64,000 bases of DNA from positions 32,001 through 96,000 of IMG/VR virus record IMGVR_UViG_3300045988_100778; one strand, written 5' to 3'. This document shows, one piece after another, positions 35,901-44,659 of this stretch. The notes beneath the pieces are model-generated. The model made no database searches, had not been told where the DNA came from, and saw only the letters and a program-made list of their open reading frames with translations. Positions within the stretch are counted from its first letter, which is position 1. The number at the start of each line of letters is the position of its first letter. Source of the stretch: a virus. The position numbers and the translations under genes were made by a program.

Positions 35901-38457
35901 AAAGGGTAATGTCAACATAAAGCCAGGAGAAAACGAGTACACCATAAAAATGAGCGAGAAGTCCGCGGTTCCGTTCAACGTGACATTCAACGCTTCGATA
36001 GGGGCTGTCCAGGCTTCGGGAGCCAAAATAAACATTGTGGGACAGACAGAAGAACTCGTAACAAATGAGCTTGGTTTGGTATCTACACAATTGTTTTCGG
36101 GCACATACGACTATGTGGCAACTTATCCCTATTGCTATGACGTGGTGAACTCGTTTACCGTGTACAATTCAGACACCCGTGTTCCTATCAACTTTACCGT
36201 AAAGAGGGTGAATGTGAGAATACAGGTTGTTAATGGTAGCAATATAGGTATAAGCGGTGCACAGGTGACGTTTAACGGAATGACACAGTATTCCGATGGG
36301 CAGGGATATACGACCTTCAATGTGGAGGCAGGAAGTTCTGGTACGGCTACGGCAAGCAAGTTGCCTCAATACAACGAGAACAGTACCTATGTGACTGTAG
36401 GAGAATACGATACAAGTGCGACGATAGTTCTTGGCGTAAATACCTATAAAGTTATTTTTGACGTGGTGGACGAGAAAGGGATATCCATAAGAGGGGTACG
36501 TATTGTATGCGGAGGTACGGCAAAGAACACGGATGGAGCCGGGCGTGCGGTATTCGGAACATACGTACCGCCTCAGACATTAAGCTGGCAGGCGTCAAAA
36601 GCCGGATATCAGAGCCAGAACGGTTCTGTGAGCATAAGTAATAGCGACGAATATGTTAATGTCGTAATGACGCGCAACAAATGCCAGGTTACATATAACG
36701 TGCGTACAAAAAGCGGTTCTCCTATTTCTGGCGTAACTGTGGAAGACAACATAAGTTCGGGCGTGACAAGTTCGAGCGGCACCGTATCATGGATGGTACC
36801 ATGTAACGATACCTATGCGTGGATAGCGACAAGTCAGAATTACTTTACAGAGAGCGGAAGTTACACGGTAGGGCCGGAAGAGTTCAGCAAGACGATTGAC
36901 ATAATAATGGAAGACGGTGCGGTACTGGAAGTAAGTGTGTCAAATGGCACGAACATAGTGTTGCCCGTACTTAATACCTCCTCTACCGGGCTGAATAATC
37001 TTCGTGTTAAATGGGGAGATGGTGAGCAGACAGTAGGAACAAGTTCGCATACCTACAGTTCCGGAGGAACAAAGATAATATTGTTCGACTTTAACGGGAT
37101 GTCGGCCAATTTATCATGGAGTGCAAACGGATTTTCAAGTTTCCAGAATTGTTTGACAAGAGTAATCAAGTGGTTTACCGAAAATGTGAGAACGTCGTGG
37201 GGAAAGGGAGCCTTCCAGGATTGCAGCAGTCTTGAATCGGTTGTAAGCTGGACTACAAGTCTTATGAGCGGTTCGGCAGATTCGTTCTTTGATGGGTGCA
37301 GTAGTTTAAGAAGTGTTCCGTCTGGATTATTTGAATTTGTGACAAGTGGTACATTCGTAAAAACATTTAAGGATAGCGGATTGAATGGTTCTGTGAACTT
37401 GTCAAGTGTGCTTGCAGGGAATTCGATAAGTGATTACTCTTACTGTTTTTGGAGATGTAAGAATATTTCTTCTGTATCTGGACAGTTAAGAACATCGGGT
37501 AATGGAACATCTTTGGATTATATGTTTGCGGAATGCAGCGGAATGTCAAGTATAAGCAATGATATAGGCGCGATAAATATAAGTCATTGTGATTACATGT
37601 TTTCCAATTGCTCCAATTTACAATCACCTTGCAGAATAACGTTCAAGTTTTTTTCTGGACGTACACAATCGGCAAGTAGTTTTTGTTGGTCTTCGGGTAT
37701 ATCATCGTTGCCGAGCAATCTGTTTTCCGGGACTATATATTCATTGTCCCTTAATAAAGCGTTTTCCGGTTGTACCAATTTGTCAAGTATAAGTTCGGGT
37801 GCATTTAATTATACAGTAAGTTCCGGTACACAATGTGTTGATATGTTCTATGGTTGTACAAGCTTGCTGAATGTAAGCGGTGTAGTAATTCCGGATATCA
37901 GAAGCGCGGCCAACATGTTTTTGAATAGTGGCTTGACTACCATAACATCTTCTCTTTTTTCCGATTCTCCTAATTGTGCTTCTTATGCGTATTGCTTTAG
38001 TGGATGTAGGAATTTGAGAACAGCAGGTTCACAAGGAAATCCGATTACTCCATCGAATCATTCAGTGACGGTAGATATTGACGGAATGTTTGAGAATTGT
38101 TCCAATTTGCTGACGGCTGAATATGCTTTCGGTGATGTGACTGTAAATAAACTTGGACCTACCAGAACTGATAATAGTTATATAGAATCGGGGGTACTGA
38201 AATATATAACCAGTTGCACAAATACATTTAGCGGTTGCTCAAATATGACATCTCAACCGAGATGGGATTGTATAGTAGCCGGAGTAAAATTGCCGTCAGC
38301 TTATATGCCTCTGTTTTATTATTTTAAGAGAATATTCCAACCATATCAATTCGGTTTCCCGGATGTCGACAGTATATCCAAAAGCGGATGTTTCAGAGGA
38401 TGTACAAAGATGAATGGTTACGACCAATATATTAGTGCTTATCCAGAATGGTTCTAA
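32989..38457 (+). CDS. second large tail fibre: beta-sandwich repeats, PKD-like domain, BspA/DUF285-type leucine-rich repeats
   Basis: 1822 aa; about 11 CarboxypepD_reg-like repeats (34318-36915); VKWGDGEQTVGTSSHTYSSGG is PKD-like; C-terminal repeats FQDCSSLESV, FDGCSSLRSV, FAECSGMSSI, FSNCSNLQS, FSGCTNLSSI, FENCSNLLTA. Confidence 0.7.
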   Translation: MEVKQKKENPCGGLFLPQSTPIYDNLPFSRFFEENDKEVIRWAENVLEKLEGRGILPTFLKKKENEDFRAFWGTITHIFALIVLYARQYKKIDTNQILFEMFIQNRGLVTNMVDSQEQMKYLFYNYLEEYSKRGRLDIISKEGEILGELLRLIRYNSLDEFIFALLRPEATGWAMGHSSPTCDRTNTVMNVSKAYEYTKGVEDLNNYPLLIPESISITQDENGNDGEIFNAMTFFGNQAVGIDGRVDLDKLIIIDPNLSYEISLQVKVSATDNENLKFGVAGYETVDGEPLPMGILENGQITGSSLWFHENEYLDIKNEGMYYYIKGILLSTNEKFLNAPTLNFPSGRALSIMPGMKYIAPIFIQERTVGNHPYVYIYDFHVKPLYLPFSQGYLGERDIIAAYYKNNAYQRQFTVETFLKNYLVGYKNIFGSELIRPYVGEEEYQILFKVFSNRNKYIPNAKITVNGEELITDVNGEAKITLPRGQWYYEVEAENFESVENTLLVDKDAVEYVQLMGAAYERVVTFFVRNKETKDWMQNVKVSFAGKVQYTGSNGIATFEVFPGIYEYVAEYEDYYTVRRNAEIVDSTNIEIEMEKIPYYNVTFRIRDGVEPVSGASVLVTGEGIPNQTGSSNAQGLATGFVYPAGTYHYKVVKEEYVTVENDFTIYGNAVIDVQFHPIPKYKINFIVRSNGLPVSKADVTFNGTTLQTASNGVVTFIDIAGEYNWKVTKTEFYAKDGTVEVIDQDVTIEVDLVQMGYLIDFYVTDEDNTPLDDALVTIGTEAISTSGGQAQFVRISGGYNWTVQKEGYYTKQGVVTVNGENKRVDVQLKLVTYDIIFTVRMNNQPVRNQPVVLGVGEGEQTVNTDGSGNAVFNRVPGSYPWSVNKEGYEPRTGTAVLINQPLAITVDLVKQTGKLTVKVLDVETEQPIQNAVVTINGETRYSNNNGIAASWTLELGVWEWSASQQDYNPAKGNVNIKPGENEYTIKMSEKSAVPFNVTFNASIGAVQASGAKINIVGQTEELVTNELGLVSTQLFSGTYDYVATYPYCYDVVNSFTVYNSDTRVPINFTVKRVNVRIQVVNGSNIGISGAQVTFNGMTQYSDGQGYTTFNVEAGSSGTATASKLPQYNENSTYVTVGEYDTSATIVLGVNTYKVIFDVVDEKGISIRGVRIVCGGTAKNTDGAGRAVFGTYVPPQTLSWQASKAGYQSQNGSVSISNSDEYVNVVMTRNKCQVTYNVRTKSGSPISGVTVEDNISSGVTSSSGTVSWMVPCNDTYAWIATSQNYFTESGSYTVGPEEFSKTIDIIMEDGAVLEVSVSNGTNIVLPVLNTSSTGLNNLRVKWGDGEQTVGTSSHTYSSGGTKIILFDFNGMSANLSWSANGFSSFQNCLTRVIKWFTENVRTSWGKGAFQDCSSLESVVSWTTSLMSGSADSFFDGCSSLRSVPSGLFEFVTSGTFVKTFKDSGLNGSVNLSSVLAGNSISDYSYCFWRCKNISSVSGQLRTSGNGTSLDYMFAECSGMSSISNDIGAINISHCDYMFSNCSNLQSPCRITFKFFSGRTQSASSFCWSSGISSLPSNLFSGTIYSLSLNKAFSGCTNLSSISSGAFNYTVSSGTQCVDMFYGCTSLLNVSGVVIPDIRSAANMFLNSGLTTITSSLFSDSPNCASYAYCFSGCRNLRTAGSQGNPITPSNHSVTVDIDGMFENCSNLLTAEYAFGDVTVNKLGPTRTDNSYIESGVLKYITSCTNTFSGCSNMTSQPRWDCIVAGVKLPSAYMPLFYYFKRIFQPYQFGFPDVDSISKSGCFRGCTKMNGYDQYISAYPEWF

Positions 38458-38483
38458 TTTTGTAAATAAAAATTTATAAATAT

Positions 38484-39320
38484 ATGGCGCAGATAAATGT
38501 TAACAGAAACACTTTTTTAGAAAAGGAAGAAGTGATGAACATGCAGTCTTTCCTACAGAATTCCCTGCTTGGAAAGATTCTAATTGCCGGAAGTTACACA
38601 TTCGGTATAGTGACAAATAACCCTACAAAATTCAAGTCCGATTTTGAAACCGTGGACACCTTTATAGATAACAAGGCGTTTGAAGTACAGCAGGGAACAC
38701 AAGGAGGAACGGTAAGGATATTGCCGGGTATGGCGGTAAACTCATTGGGGCAGGTAATAAACATTGTCAACATATACGATAACTTTGCAATCCCGGCAGA
38801 CAGCGTGTATTACTGGCTAAAAATCGGGTATTCGACAAAGAATTACGAAAACGGATATGTGAGCATTAACCAGAAGGGTGTAGTGACCGGAACCGTGGAT
38901 TTTTCCGGTAAGGTTAGAGGACAGGCAGGGAAAACCCCGGTAGCGATAAAGTTTCTGAAGGACGACGGTTCACAGCCCCTAAATAATGGCGTATATGAGA
39001 TAGTCAATATAATAGATAACAAGAATATTGTATTAACGTCTGAATCCGATTTTGTTGCGGAAACAAATTTGCAGGTTGTGATACTGGGAACAGTGCCGCT
39101 TGGAAAGGTGTTTACGGATGCACAAATGGAAGGACTTTATACCTATGATTGGTTTACGTTGGGATTGGTGCAGGAAGTGACTTTGGAACAACCCCCTACC
39201 AAGTCGGTAAACGAGTTTTATATAGCAAGAGTGAGAAACAACGGTGGTACAGTCACGATTGACAATACGGCAAAAACGGAATATTGGTCTTTGGCAGGAA
39301 TGCCGAAACCGAAAGAATAA
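38484..39320 (+). CDS. hypothetical virion (baseplate/fibre-associated) protein
   Basis: 278-aa ORF after the fibre genes; no motif recognised. Confidence 0.35.
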   Translation: MAQINVNRNTFLEKEEVMNMQSFLQNSLLGKILIAGSYTFGIVTNNPTKFKSDFETVDTFIDNKAFEVQQGTQGGTVRILPGMAVNSLGQVINIVNIYDNFAIPADSVYYWLKIGYSTKNYENGYVSINQKGVVTGTVDFSGKVRGQAGKTPVAIKFLKDDGSQPLNNGVYEIVNIIDNKNIVLTSESDFVAETNLQVVILGTVPLGKVFTDAQMEGLYTYDWFTLGLVQEVTLEQPPTKSVNEFYIARVRNNGGTVTIDNTAKTEYWSLAGMPKPKE

Positions 39321-39334
39321 GAAAGGAGGAGAAA

Positions 39335-39895
39335 ATGAGACTACTATATACAGTAAGTTCCGGATATATGGCAGAACAGCAGAATGTTTCTTATTCGTTG
39401 GGTGGTTTTGCATCTTCTACGACAATACCTAACGACATGTTCGGTAATTTGTTTGATGAATTGAGTATAAACACAATAAGAAACGCGAGAAACGAATACA
39501 GGGCTATAGTGCTGCACAATGACAGCCAGGAGGTGGCAAAGGGTGTAAAGATATGGTTCGAGAACCCGGAAACAAATGTGTGTTCGTTCAAGGTGGGTGC
39601 CGTGGGAATGACGGAAGGTGAAGACGGAAGCCGATATATGGGGAGTACACCTAATATATACAGTAGACCCTATACAGTCCAGTTTTACGAGGCTACAGAA
39701 GAAAACCCGGTGTCTATCGGGGATATGCAGCCGGACCAGATGATAGGTATTTGGGTGGAAAGGAGTATAGACAAGGAAAAGGCTTTGGAAGAGTATAACA
39801 AAGTGGCAGAGAGGGATTTAGATACGGAAACGAGATATAAGCCTATTCAGAAGGAAACACAAGAAATGTTAAATATGCAATTTTATTGGGAATAA
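39335..39895 (+). CDS. hypothetical virion protein
   Basis: ATG 39335 (MRLLYTVSSG..) follows AGGAGGAGAAA and the previous stop; the ORF-track start at 39284 overlaps the upstream gene. Confidence 0.35.
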   Translation: MRLLYTVSSGYMAEQQNVSYSLGGFASSTTIPNDMFGNLFDELSINTIRNARNEYRAIVLHNDSQEVAKGVKIWFENPETNVCSFKVGAVGMTEGEDGSRYMGSTPNIYSRPYTVQFYEATEENPVSIGDMQPDQMIGIWVERSIDKEKALEEYNKVAERDLDTETRYKPIQKETQEMLNMQFYWE

Positions 39896-39899
39896 GTTA

Positions 39900-39937
39900 T
39901 TGCGTATGTCATAAACAAATATTATCTTTGTGGTGTG
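39900..39937 (+). promoter_or_regulatory. dispersed promoter/operator element, copy C (5'-truncated, diverged)
   Basis: TTGCGTATGTCATAAACAAATATTATCTTTGTGGTGTG; lacks the CATAAGCAC part. Confidence 0.5.
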
Positions 39938-40003
39938 ATTGATAAGGGAGCGTTAAAACTCCCTTTCTTAAGCTGGTTACACATAATAAAATATTATTTC
40001 AAA

Positions 40004-40273
40004 ATGAACAACATCGTAGAACTTAACGGATTGCAGGGTGTAAAGAGTGAAAAGGTTTACGCCTATTTTTCAACCGAACCGAAAGAGGTGCAGAATGCCC
40101 TGGAGCTTGGAATAGCATGTACTGGGGCTGATGATAACGGGGCGTACAACATTTATTTTGACGATGAAGAAAACATATGCTGTGAATACATGCAGCGTTG
40201 TGTCACGAAGGAGTTCAAGAAGGTGGAAACAATAGAAGAAGCTGTGTTGTGGATGGAGGGTTATTTTAGATGA
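40004..40273 (+). CDS. small hypothetical protein
   Basis: ATG 40004 (MNNIVELNG..); the ORF-track GTG 39935 lies inside promoter copy C. Confidence 0.4.
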   Translation: MNNIVELNGLQGVKSEKVYAYFSTEPKEVQNALELGIACTGADDNGAYNIYFDDEENICCEYMQRCVTKEFKKVETIEEAVLWMEGYFR

Positions 40274-40431
40274 AGACGCTAATTTTTGATGTGATGCTGA
40301 ACGAGCAATACATTCACACGTTCAAGTACAAGTACAATCCTTTGTTTCCTATCGAGGAGGAAGAGTTAAGGAAGTTTGTAGAAGAGAGATTGCCGACATT
40401 GAAAGGAAAGAGTTTTAAGATTTTGTTTTAG
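40270..40431 (+). CDS. small hypothetical protein (53 aa, not in the ORF track)
   Basis: ATGA overlap with the previous stop; translated by hand as MKTLIFDVMLNEQYIH..KILF. Confidence 0.3.
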   Translation: MKTLIFDVMLNEQYIHTFKYKYNPLFPIEEEELRKFVEERLPTLKGKSFKILF

Positions 40432-40434
40432 GAT

Positions 40435-40599
40435 ATGAATCTGAATGCTATCATAAAGAAATGGCTCTGCCGCCATGAATGGGAACTGATGTATGAGAGA
40501 AAGGTTACGGCATGGGATGAGTTAGGATGTAATAAATATATCGCCAGATATTACGTCTGCAAGAAATGCGGTAGATATAAGAAAACAAAAAGTTATTGA
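40435..40599 (+). CDS. small Cys-containing protein (54 aa, not in the ORF track)
   Basis: Hand-translated MNLNAIIKKWLCRHEW..YVCKKCGRYKKTKSY; fills an otherwise non-coding gap. Confidence 0.3.
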   Translation: MNLNAIIKKWLCRHEWELMYERKVTAWDELGCNKYIARYYVCKKCGRYKKTKSY

Positions 40600-40910
40600 T
40601 TATAAAACCAATAAGGAACAAAGAAGACATTGAAAATCTAAAGACAGATGAAAAATTGATTGAGTTCTGTTTGAATGGTAATGTAAATTATTACAGGTTC
40701 TTATGTTTCCATCCACGAAACAAGAATTATGTAATTCTACTGAATCATTGTGAAGAGCCAGAAAGGTTTTACGTTAAGAGTATTATAGACCGATTTTATA
40801 CGGACTGTACAACACGCGATATAATCACCCATAGGAGGGATTATGCTTTGAAAAAACTCGAAGAGTACGAGCAGGCATTATCCGAATTTAATAAGGAGGA
40901 GGAAGAATGA
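40596..40910 (+). CDS. hypothetical protein (requires a TTG start)
   Basis: 104-aa ORF with no internal Met; TTG 40596 overlaps the previous stop. Confidence 0.35.
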   Translation: MIIKPIRNKEDIENLKTDEKLIEFCLNGNVNYYRFLCFHPRNKNYVILLNHCEEPERFYVKSIIDRFYTDCTTRDIITHRRDYALKKLEEYEQALSEFNKEEEE

Positions 40911-41236
40911 AACAGACAGTAGAAGAAGCTGCACAACAAGAGCTTATGTCAAGCTATGCAATAGTAGTTGAAGGTGAATTAGCCTATCAGAGACAAGCAA
41001 TGCTAAACATGTTCAGAAAAGGTGCTGAATGGCAGTCAAGGCAATCACCTTGGATAAGCGTAAAGGAGCGACCTCCAAAACATAATATTAAGGTTATTAT
41101 ATGCCATGAATGCGAATTTTATATAGGTAAAATGTATCGTTCGATGCAATCAAATTGGTGGAGAGTAAGTGATGATGAAAGAACCGATATAATAGTTAGC
41201 GAAGATGATTCTTGGATGCCTATACCTATCTTTTGA
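40907..41236 (+). CDS. hypothetical protein with a DUF551-like C-terminus
   Basis: ATGA overlap; WISVKERPPKHN..WW resembles the DUF551 pattern (weak). Confidence 0.35.
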   Translation: MKQTVEEAAQQELMSSYAIVVEGELAYQRQAMLNMFRKGAEWQSRQSPWISVKERPPKHNIKVIICHECEFYIGKMYRSMQSNWWRVSDDERTDIIVSEDDSWMPIPIF

Positions 41237-41295
41237 CGAGATACTTGAAGCAAACAAAGATGTACTGGAACGGATTAAGGAGAAAGGAGACTAAT

Positions 41296-41469
41296 ATGGA
41301 AAGATATAGAATTGTGAAAGAAATAAGGTATAGCGGCTGTATTCCGATAGTCGTGTATTGCGTACAAGTCAGAAAAGACAAACGTATTTCATCCGAATGG
41401 GTGAATGTAAAGGGGTTTGATACCTATAGGAAAGCAAGAGAGTTGTTGTATATTTTAAACGGTGATTGA
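41296..41469 (+). CDS. small hypothetical protein
   Basis: ATG 41296 preceded by AAGGAGAAAGGAG; the ORF-track start at 41212 overlaps the upstream gene. Confidence 0.35.
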   Translation: MERYRIVKEIRYSGCIPIVVYCVQVRKDKRISSEWVNVKGFDTYRKARELLYILNGD

Positions 41470-41470
41470 T

Positions 41471-41776
41471 ATGGAAATAGTTCCGGATTTGACAAAAAGT
41501 AATTTATCTAAAAACCAGGTAGAATATATTCAAAAGAAACAGCATGAATATAAATTGACGGACAAGAAGAGGAGGGTTCCGGGACATATTTTATTTTCAT
41601 TCAATCTGAAAACGAAAGAGATAAAGAGAGCTTCTATTACTAACGAAGTTTCAATTGGATTAAACGGGAAACCTATAATGAAAACCAAAACAGTTATTGA
41701 GCCGGATTGCTATTACGAACAAGCTTTAAATGAAAAGAATTTTAGAAAAAGATTAAAGAGGATTGGGTTAATATGA
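41471..41776 (+). CDS. hypothetical protein
   Basis: ATG 41471 lies 2 nt after the previous stop (the ORF track used GTG 41462). Confidence 0.4.
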   Translation: MEIVPDLTKSNLSKNQVEYIQKKQHEYKLTDKKRRVPGHILFSFNLKTKEIKRASITNEVSIGLNGKPIMKTKTVIEPDCYYEQALNEKNFRKRLKRIGLI

Positions 41777-41967
41777 AAACAATTAAGATTTCAAATTTAC
41801 AAGAAGGGGATTTGTTCATATATAAAGACGTAATGTATGAAATTGTACATAAGGACAAATGGGAAACCTATTGTAAATATGTCAATGATAAAAGCCATTT
41901 AGGAGGATGGTTTTCAAGTGAATATCTTTATTGTAAATTTAGTAATTATACAAAAGTAGAGATTTAG
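41773..41967 (+). CDS. small hypothetical protein
   Basis: ATGA-coupled 64-aa ORF. Confidence 0.4.
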   Translation: MKTIKISNLQEGDLFIYKDVMYEIVHKDKWETYCKYVNDKSHLGGWFSSEYLYCKFSNYTKVEI

Positions 41968-41972
41968 ATGCT

Positions 41973-42269
41973 ATGAGTAAATATAGATACAAGGAAGTGA
42001 AGAACTATATCCACAACGAACTAAAGTTGACTAAAGAGGATATAAAGGAAATTATGATTCCAATTGTGAAAGAGGAGGTTAAACGTATCTTTCAAAACAC
42101 CTATGGGAATGATGTCGATATAGAGAGGTGGGTTCGTTGTATGGTTTCCAACGAGATACAAAGACATGGTGATTACTCTATGATAAGGAATTTATGCAGG
42201 GAGATAATTAAGGAAGAAATTGCCGATAGGTTGTCAATTGATATAAGCCTTAAAAAGAAAGAGGGGTAA
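41973..42269 (+). CDS. hypothetical protein
   Basis: 98-aa same-strand ORF. Confidence 0.4.
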   Translation: MSKYRYKEVKNYIHNELKLTKEDIKEIMIPIVKEEVKRIFQNTYGNDVDIERWVRCMVSNEIQRHGDYSMIRNLCREIIKEEIADRLSIDISLKKKEG

Positions 42270-42272
42270 AAT

Positions 42273-42461
42273 ATGCAGAACGAAATTTCTTGGAATGATA
42301 ACACCTATTATGAGATTTGTAATCCATATATGAATATTCCTTTAGAACCGTGTGGTATACCTAAAAGGAGAAAATATCATTCAAAAAATGATAGATGTAC
42401 AAACAAGCAGATTGCGAAACGCAGAAAAAGGAACAAGAACCGTAAAACACATAGGAAATGA
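42273..42461 (+). CDS. small protein with a highly basic C-terminus
   Basis: 62 aa ending KRRKRNKNRKTHRK. Confidence 0.35.
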   Translation: MQNEISWNDNTYYEICNPYMNIPLEPCGIPKRRKYHSKNDRCTNKQIAKRRKRNKNRKTHRK

Positions 42462-42655
42462 GCAGGTTTGAGAAAGAGATACTTCCTTTCATGGAAGAGG
42501 AAATTATGCGAAAACTCCGTACATACAACGTGTACAGTATAAAGGAGTATGAAGACATACGGAAGGCAGTAAGGTATTCAATCAGATTTTGCAAGAAACA
42601 TAAAATAGTTCGATGTGAAGATAAAAATTTAAACAAAGAAAGGGACAAGAAATGA
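42458..42655 (+). CDS. small hypothetical protein
   Basis: ATGA-coupled 65-aa ORF. Confidence 0.4.
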   Translation: MSRFEKEILPFMEEEIMRKLRTYNVYSIKEYEDIRKAVRYSIRFCKKHKIVRCEDKNLNKERDKK

Positions 42656-43167
42656 AAAAGTACAGGGTTTTATTTTGTGATATGGACGGCACGTTAATAG
42701 AAACTGCAAGTGGTGAGACGTTTTCAAAGGGGATATGGGACATGAAATTTAAGTTTGATGTCCTGGATGCAATAAAGAATTTGAATCCCGAAGAAATTTT
42801 TATCGTGACAAACCAGGGAGGGATAGAAAAAGGTTTGTTTCCAGAATCATTTATTTACATCAAATGTAAGTACGTGAATGATAGTATAATAGATTATTGT
42901 AATATCGAAACACGTTTTAAGTATTGCGGAAGCAATGACAGAAGCAACCCTATGAGAAAGCCGAATACCGGAATGCTTGAAGAATTTTTTGATAATTACA
43001 AGACATGGAAAGATTGCAGTTTGGAGGTAGAAGATTGTTTAATGATTGGTGATGCAAGCGGACTTGAAGGGCAGTTTTCGGACAGTGACAAGAAAACAGC
43101 CGAGAATTTTGGCATAGACTATATGGATGTCAGCGAGTTCGTAAATGTTTACGGGAAAGGGGTATAA
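42652..43167 (+). CDS. HAD-IIIA family phosphatase (GmhB / PNK 3'-phosphatase-like)
   Basis: FCDMDGTL (DxDGT), VTNQGG, KPNTGML, IGDASG..SDSD. Confidence 0.7.
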   Translation: MKKYRVLFCDMDGTLIETASGETFSKGIWDMKFKFDVLDAIKNLNPEEIFIVTNQGGIEKGLFPESFIYIKCKYVNDSIIDYCNIETRFKYCGSNDRSNPMRKPNTGMLEEFFDNYKTWKDCSLEVEDCLMIGDASGLEGQFSDSDKKTAENFGIDYMDVSEFVNVYGKGV

Positions 43168-43169
43168 TT

Positions 43170-43385
43170 ATGGAAGTAAAGAACGGAATAATAATTGATG
43201 GGGTGCTGCATGAGCTTGTAAGACAAGAAAGTAATGACTGCAAAGGATGCTCTTTATACTATACTTGTCATACATATCGGTTTACTTATGATAAATTATG
43301 CGATATAAATTATGCGAAAGGGATTATTTATAAATTCATCAATCGTGGCAAAGTAACGGATATTAAGATAGATAAGGAGGAATAA
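43170..43385 (+). CDS. small hypothetical protein
   Basis: 71-aa same-strand ORF. Confidence 0.4.
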   Translation: MEVKNGIIIDGVLHELVRQESNDCKGCSLYYTCHTYRFTYDKLCDINYAKGIIYKFINRGKVTDIKIDKEE

Positions 43386-43388
43386 ATC

Positions 43389-43691
43389 ATGTGTAATTCA
43401 ATAGAATGGGGTAAATGTGAAATATGTGGAAAGGAAGACCAGTTGGAACGTACTTATTTCTACTATTCAATACATTGTGAATGTTGTGGAAGCAAAGACG
43501 AGAATGGGCAAAATAGGCATTTTGAAATGGTAAGACATTGTAGGAAATGCCCGGCTCCTATACCTAAAGAAATACATCCATTATATAAAGCGATGGATGG
43601 TAAAACTTATCGTGCGAGTTTTTCTAATATACTTCCCATTGATGTTAGAGGGGAGTTTATCATAAATGAACCGATAATTAAGGAGGAATAA
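43389..43691 (+). CDS. Cys-rich zinc-ribbon-like protein
   Basis: CEIC..CECC..CRKC spacing; AGGAGGAATAAATC upstream of the ATG. Confidence 0.4.
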   Translation: MCNSIEWGKCEICGKEDQLERTYFYYSIHCECCGSKDENGQNRHFEMVRHCRKCPAPIPKEIHPLYKAMDGKTYRASFSNILPIDVRGEFIINEPIIKEE

Positions 43692-43693
43692 CG

Positions 43694-44188
43694 ATGGAAA
43701 GCGATAAACTTATATTAGATGCTTGTTGTGGCAGTAGAATGTTTTGGTTTGACAAACATAACCCTTTGGTTTTATTTGTAGACAAGCGTTCAGAAACACT
43801 TACAGCTAAGGACAAAGATAGAATCAGAACTATAGATGTAAAACCGGATGTAATAGCCGATTTTACTAATTTGCCGTTTGAGGATAATTCTTTTTATATG
43901 GTGGTGTTTGACCCACCGCATCTAAAAACACTTGGTGAAACCTCATGGATGGCTAAGAAATACGGTAAACTGCCAAAAGATTGGAAATCACTTATACACG
44001 ACGGATTTGCCGAGTGTATGCGCGTCTTGAAACCTAATGGAACGCTCATTTTCAAATGGAACGAAAGTGAGATAAAAGCTTCAGAAGTTTTGTCCGTTAT
44101 CCCTTTTAAACCTCTATTTGGACATACCACTGGAAGGCAGAGCAAAACAATATGGATGTGTTTTATGAAGAGAGAAGACGATGAATAA
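43694..44188 (+). CDS. SAM-dependent (probably DNA) methyltransferase, DPPH motif
   Basis: Motif I-like LDACCGSRMFW; motif IV VVFDPPHL; LKPNGTLIFKW. Confidence 0.55.
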   Translation: MESDKLILDACCGSRMFWFDKHNPLVLFVDKRSETLTAKDKDRIRTIDVKPDVIADFTNLPFEDNSFYMVVFDPPHLKTLGETSWMAKKYGKLPKDWKSLIHDGFAECMRVLKPNGTLIFKWNESEIKASEVLSVIPFKPLFGHTTGRQSKTIWMCFMKREDDE

Positions 44189-44336
44189 TACAGAAGAAAA
44201 GCATTGCAGTATATGCGTGCATTATGAGATATGTGCCAATTTTCAGATGTATTGTCACGCATTGAAAAGACGCATAACGGCAAGAAAGCAGGCGAAGAAC
44301 TGTAAGTATTTTGAATATAGATGGAGGAATAAATAA
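44181..44336 (+). CDS. small Cys-rich protein (51 aa, not in the ORF track)
   Basis: Hand-translated MNNTEEKHCSICVHYEICANFQMYCH..; overlaps the methyltransferase stop. Confidence 0.3.
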   Translation: MNNTEEKHCSICVHYEICANFQMYCHALKRRITARKQAKNCKYFEYRWRNK

Positions 44337-44455
44337 TGCACCAGTGTGACTATTGTTGTTGGTATAACGAAAGATACGGGAATTGCGATTGTCCGTATGC
44401 AATGAAAAAGTCGGCTTGTGATAAAGCTAAAAAGGAGAAAGAAAGGAGTGAGAAA
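44336..44455 (+). CDS. small Cys-rich protein (39 aa, not in the ORF track)
   Basis: Hand-translated MHQCDYCCWYNERYGNCDCPYAMKKSACD..; TAATG and ATGA coupling on both sides. Confidence 0.3.
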
Positions 44456-44646
44456 TGAACCTATTGGAACATTATGTAACAGAAATAATAGGGAAACCTT
44501 ATTATCACGATTACGGAAGCGGAAAATATAGGTGGTGGCTGAAAGTTAAAGCCATTTGTTACGGCACAGAATCGGAAACGACGTTAATGTTTGACAGTGA
44601 ATCTGATGCGCTGAATGTATGTAAAGGGTATATGTTTTTAGCTTAA
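44455..44646 (+). CDS. small hypothetical protein
   Basis: 63-aa ORF preceded by AAAGGAG. Confidence 0.4.
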   Translation: MNLLEHYVTEIIGKPYYHDYGSGKYRWWLKVKAICYGTESETTLMFDSESDALNVCKGYMFLA

Positions 44647-44659
44647 AAGAAATTAGGAA

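Noticed and set aside
20977-38457. Diversity-generating retroelement acting on the fibre genes
   Set aside because: There is no reverse transcriptase ORF in the window and no template/variable repeat pair with adenine-specific differences. The only long repeat is the perfect inverted pair.
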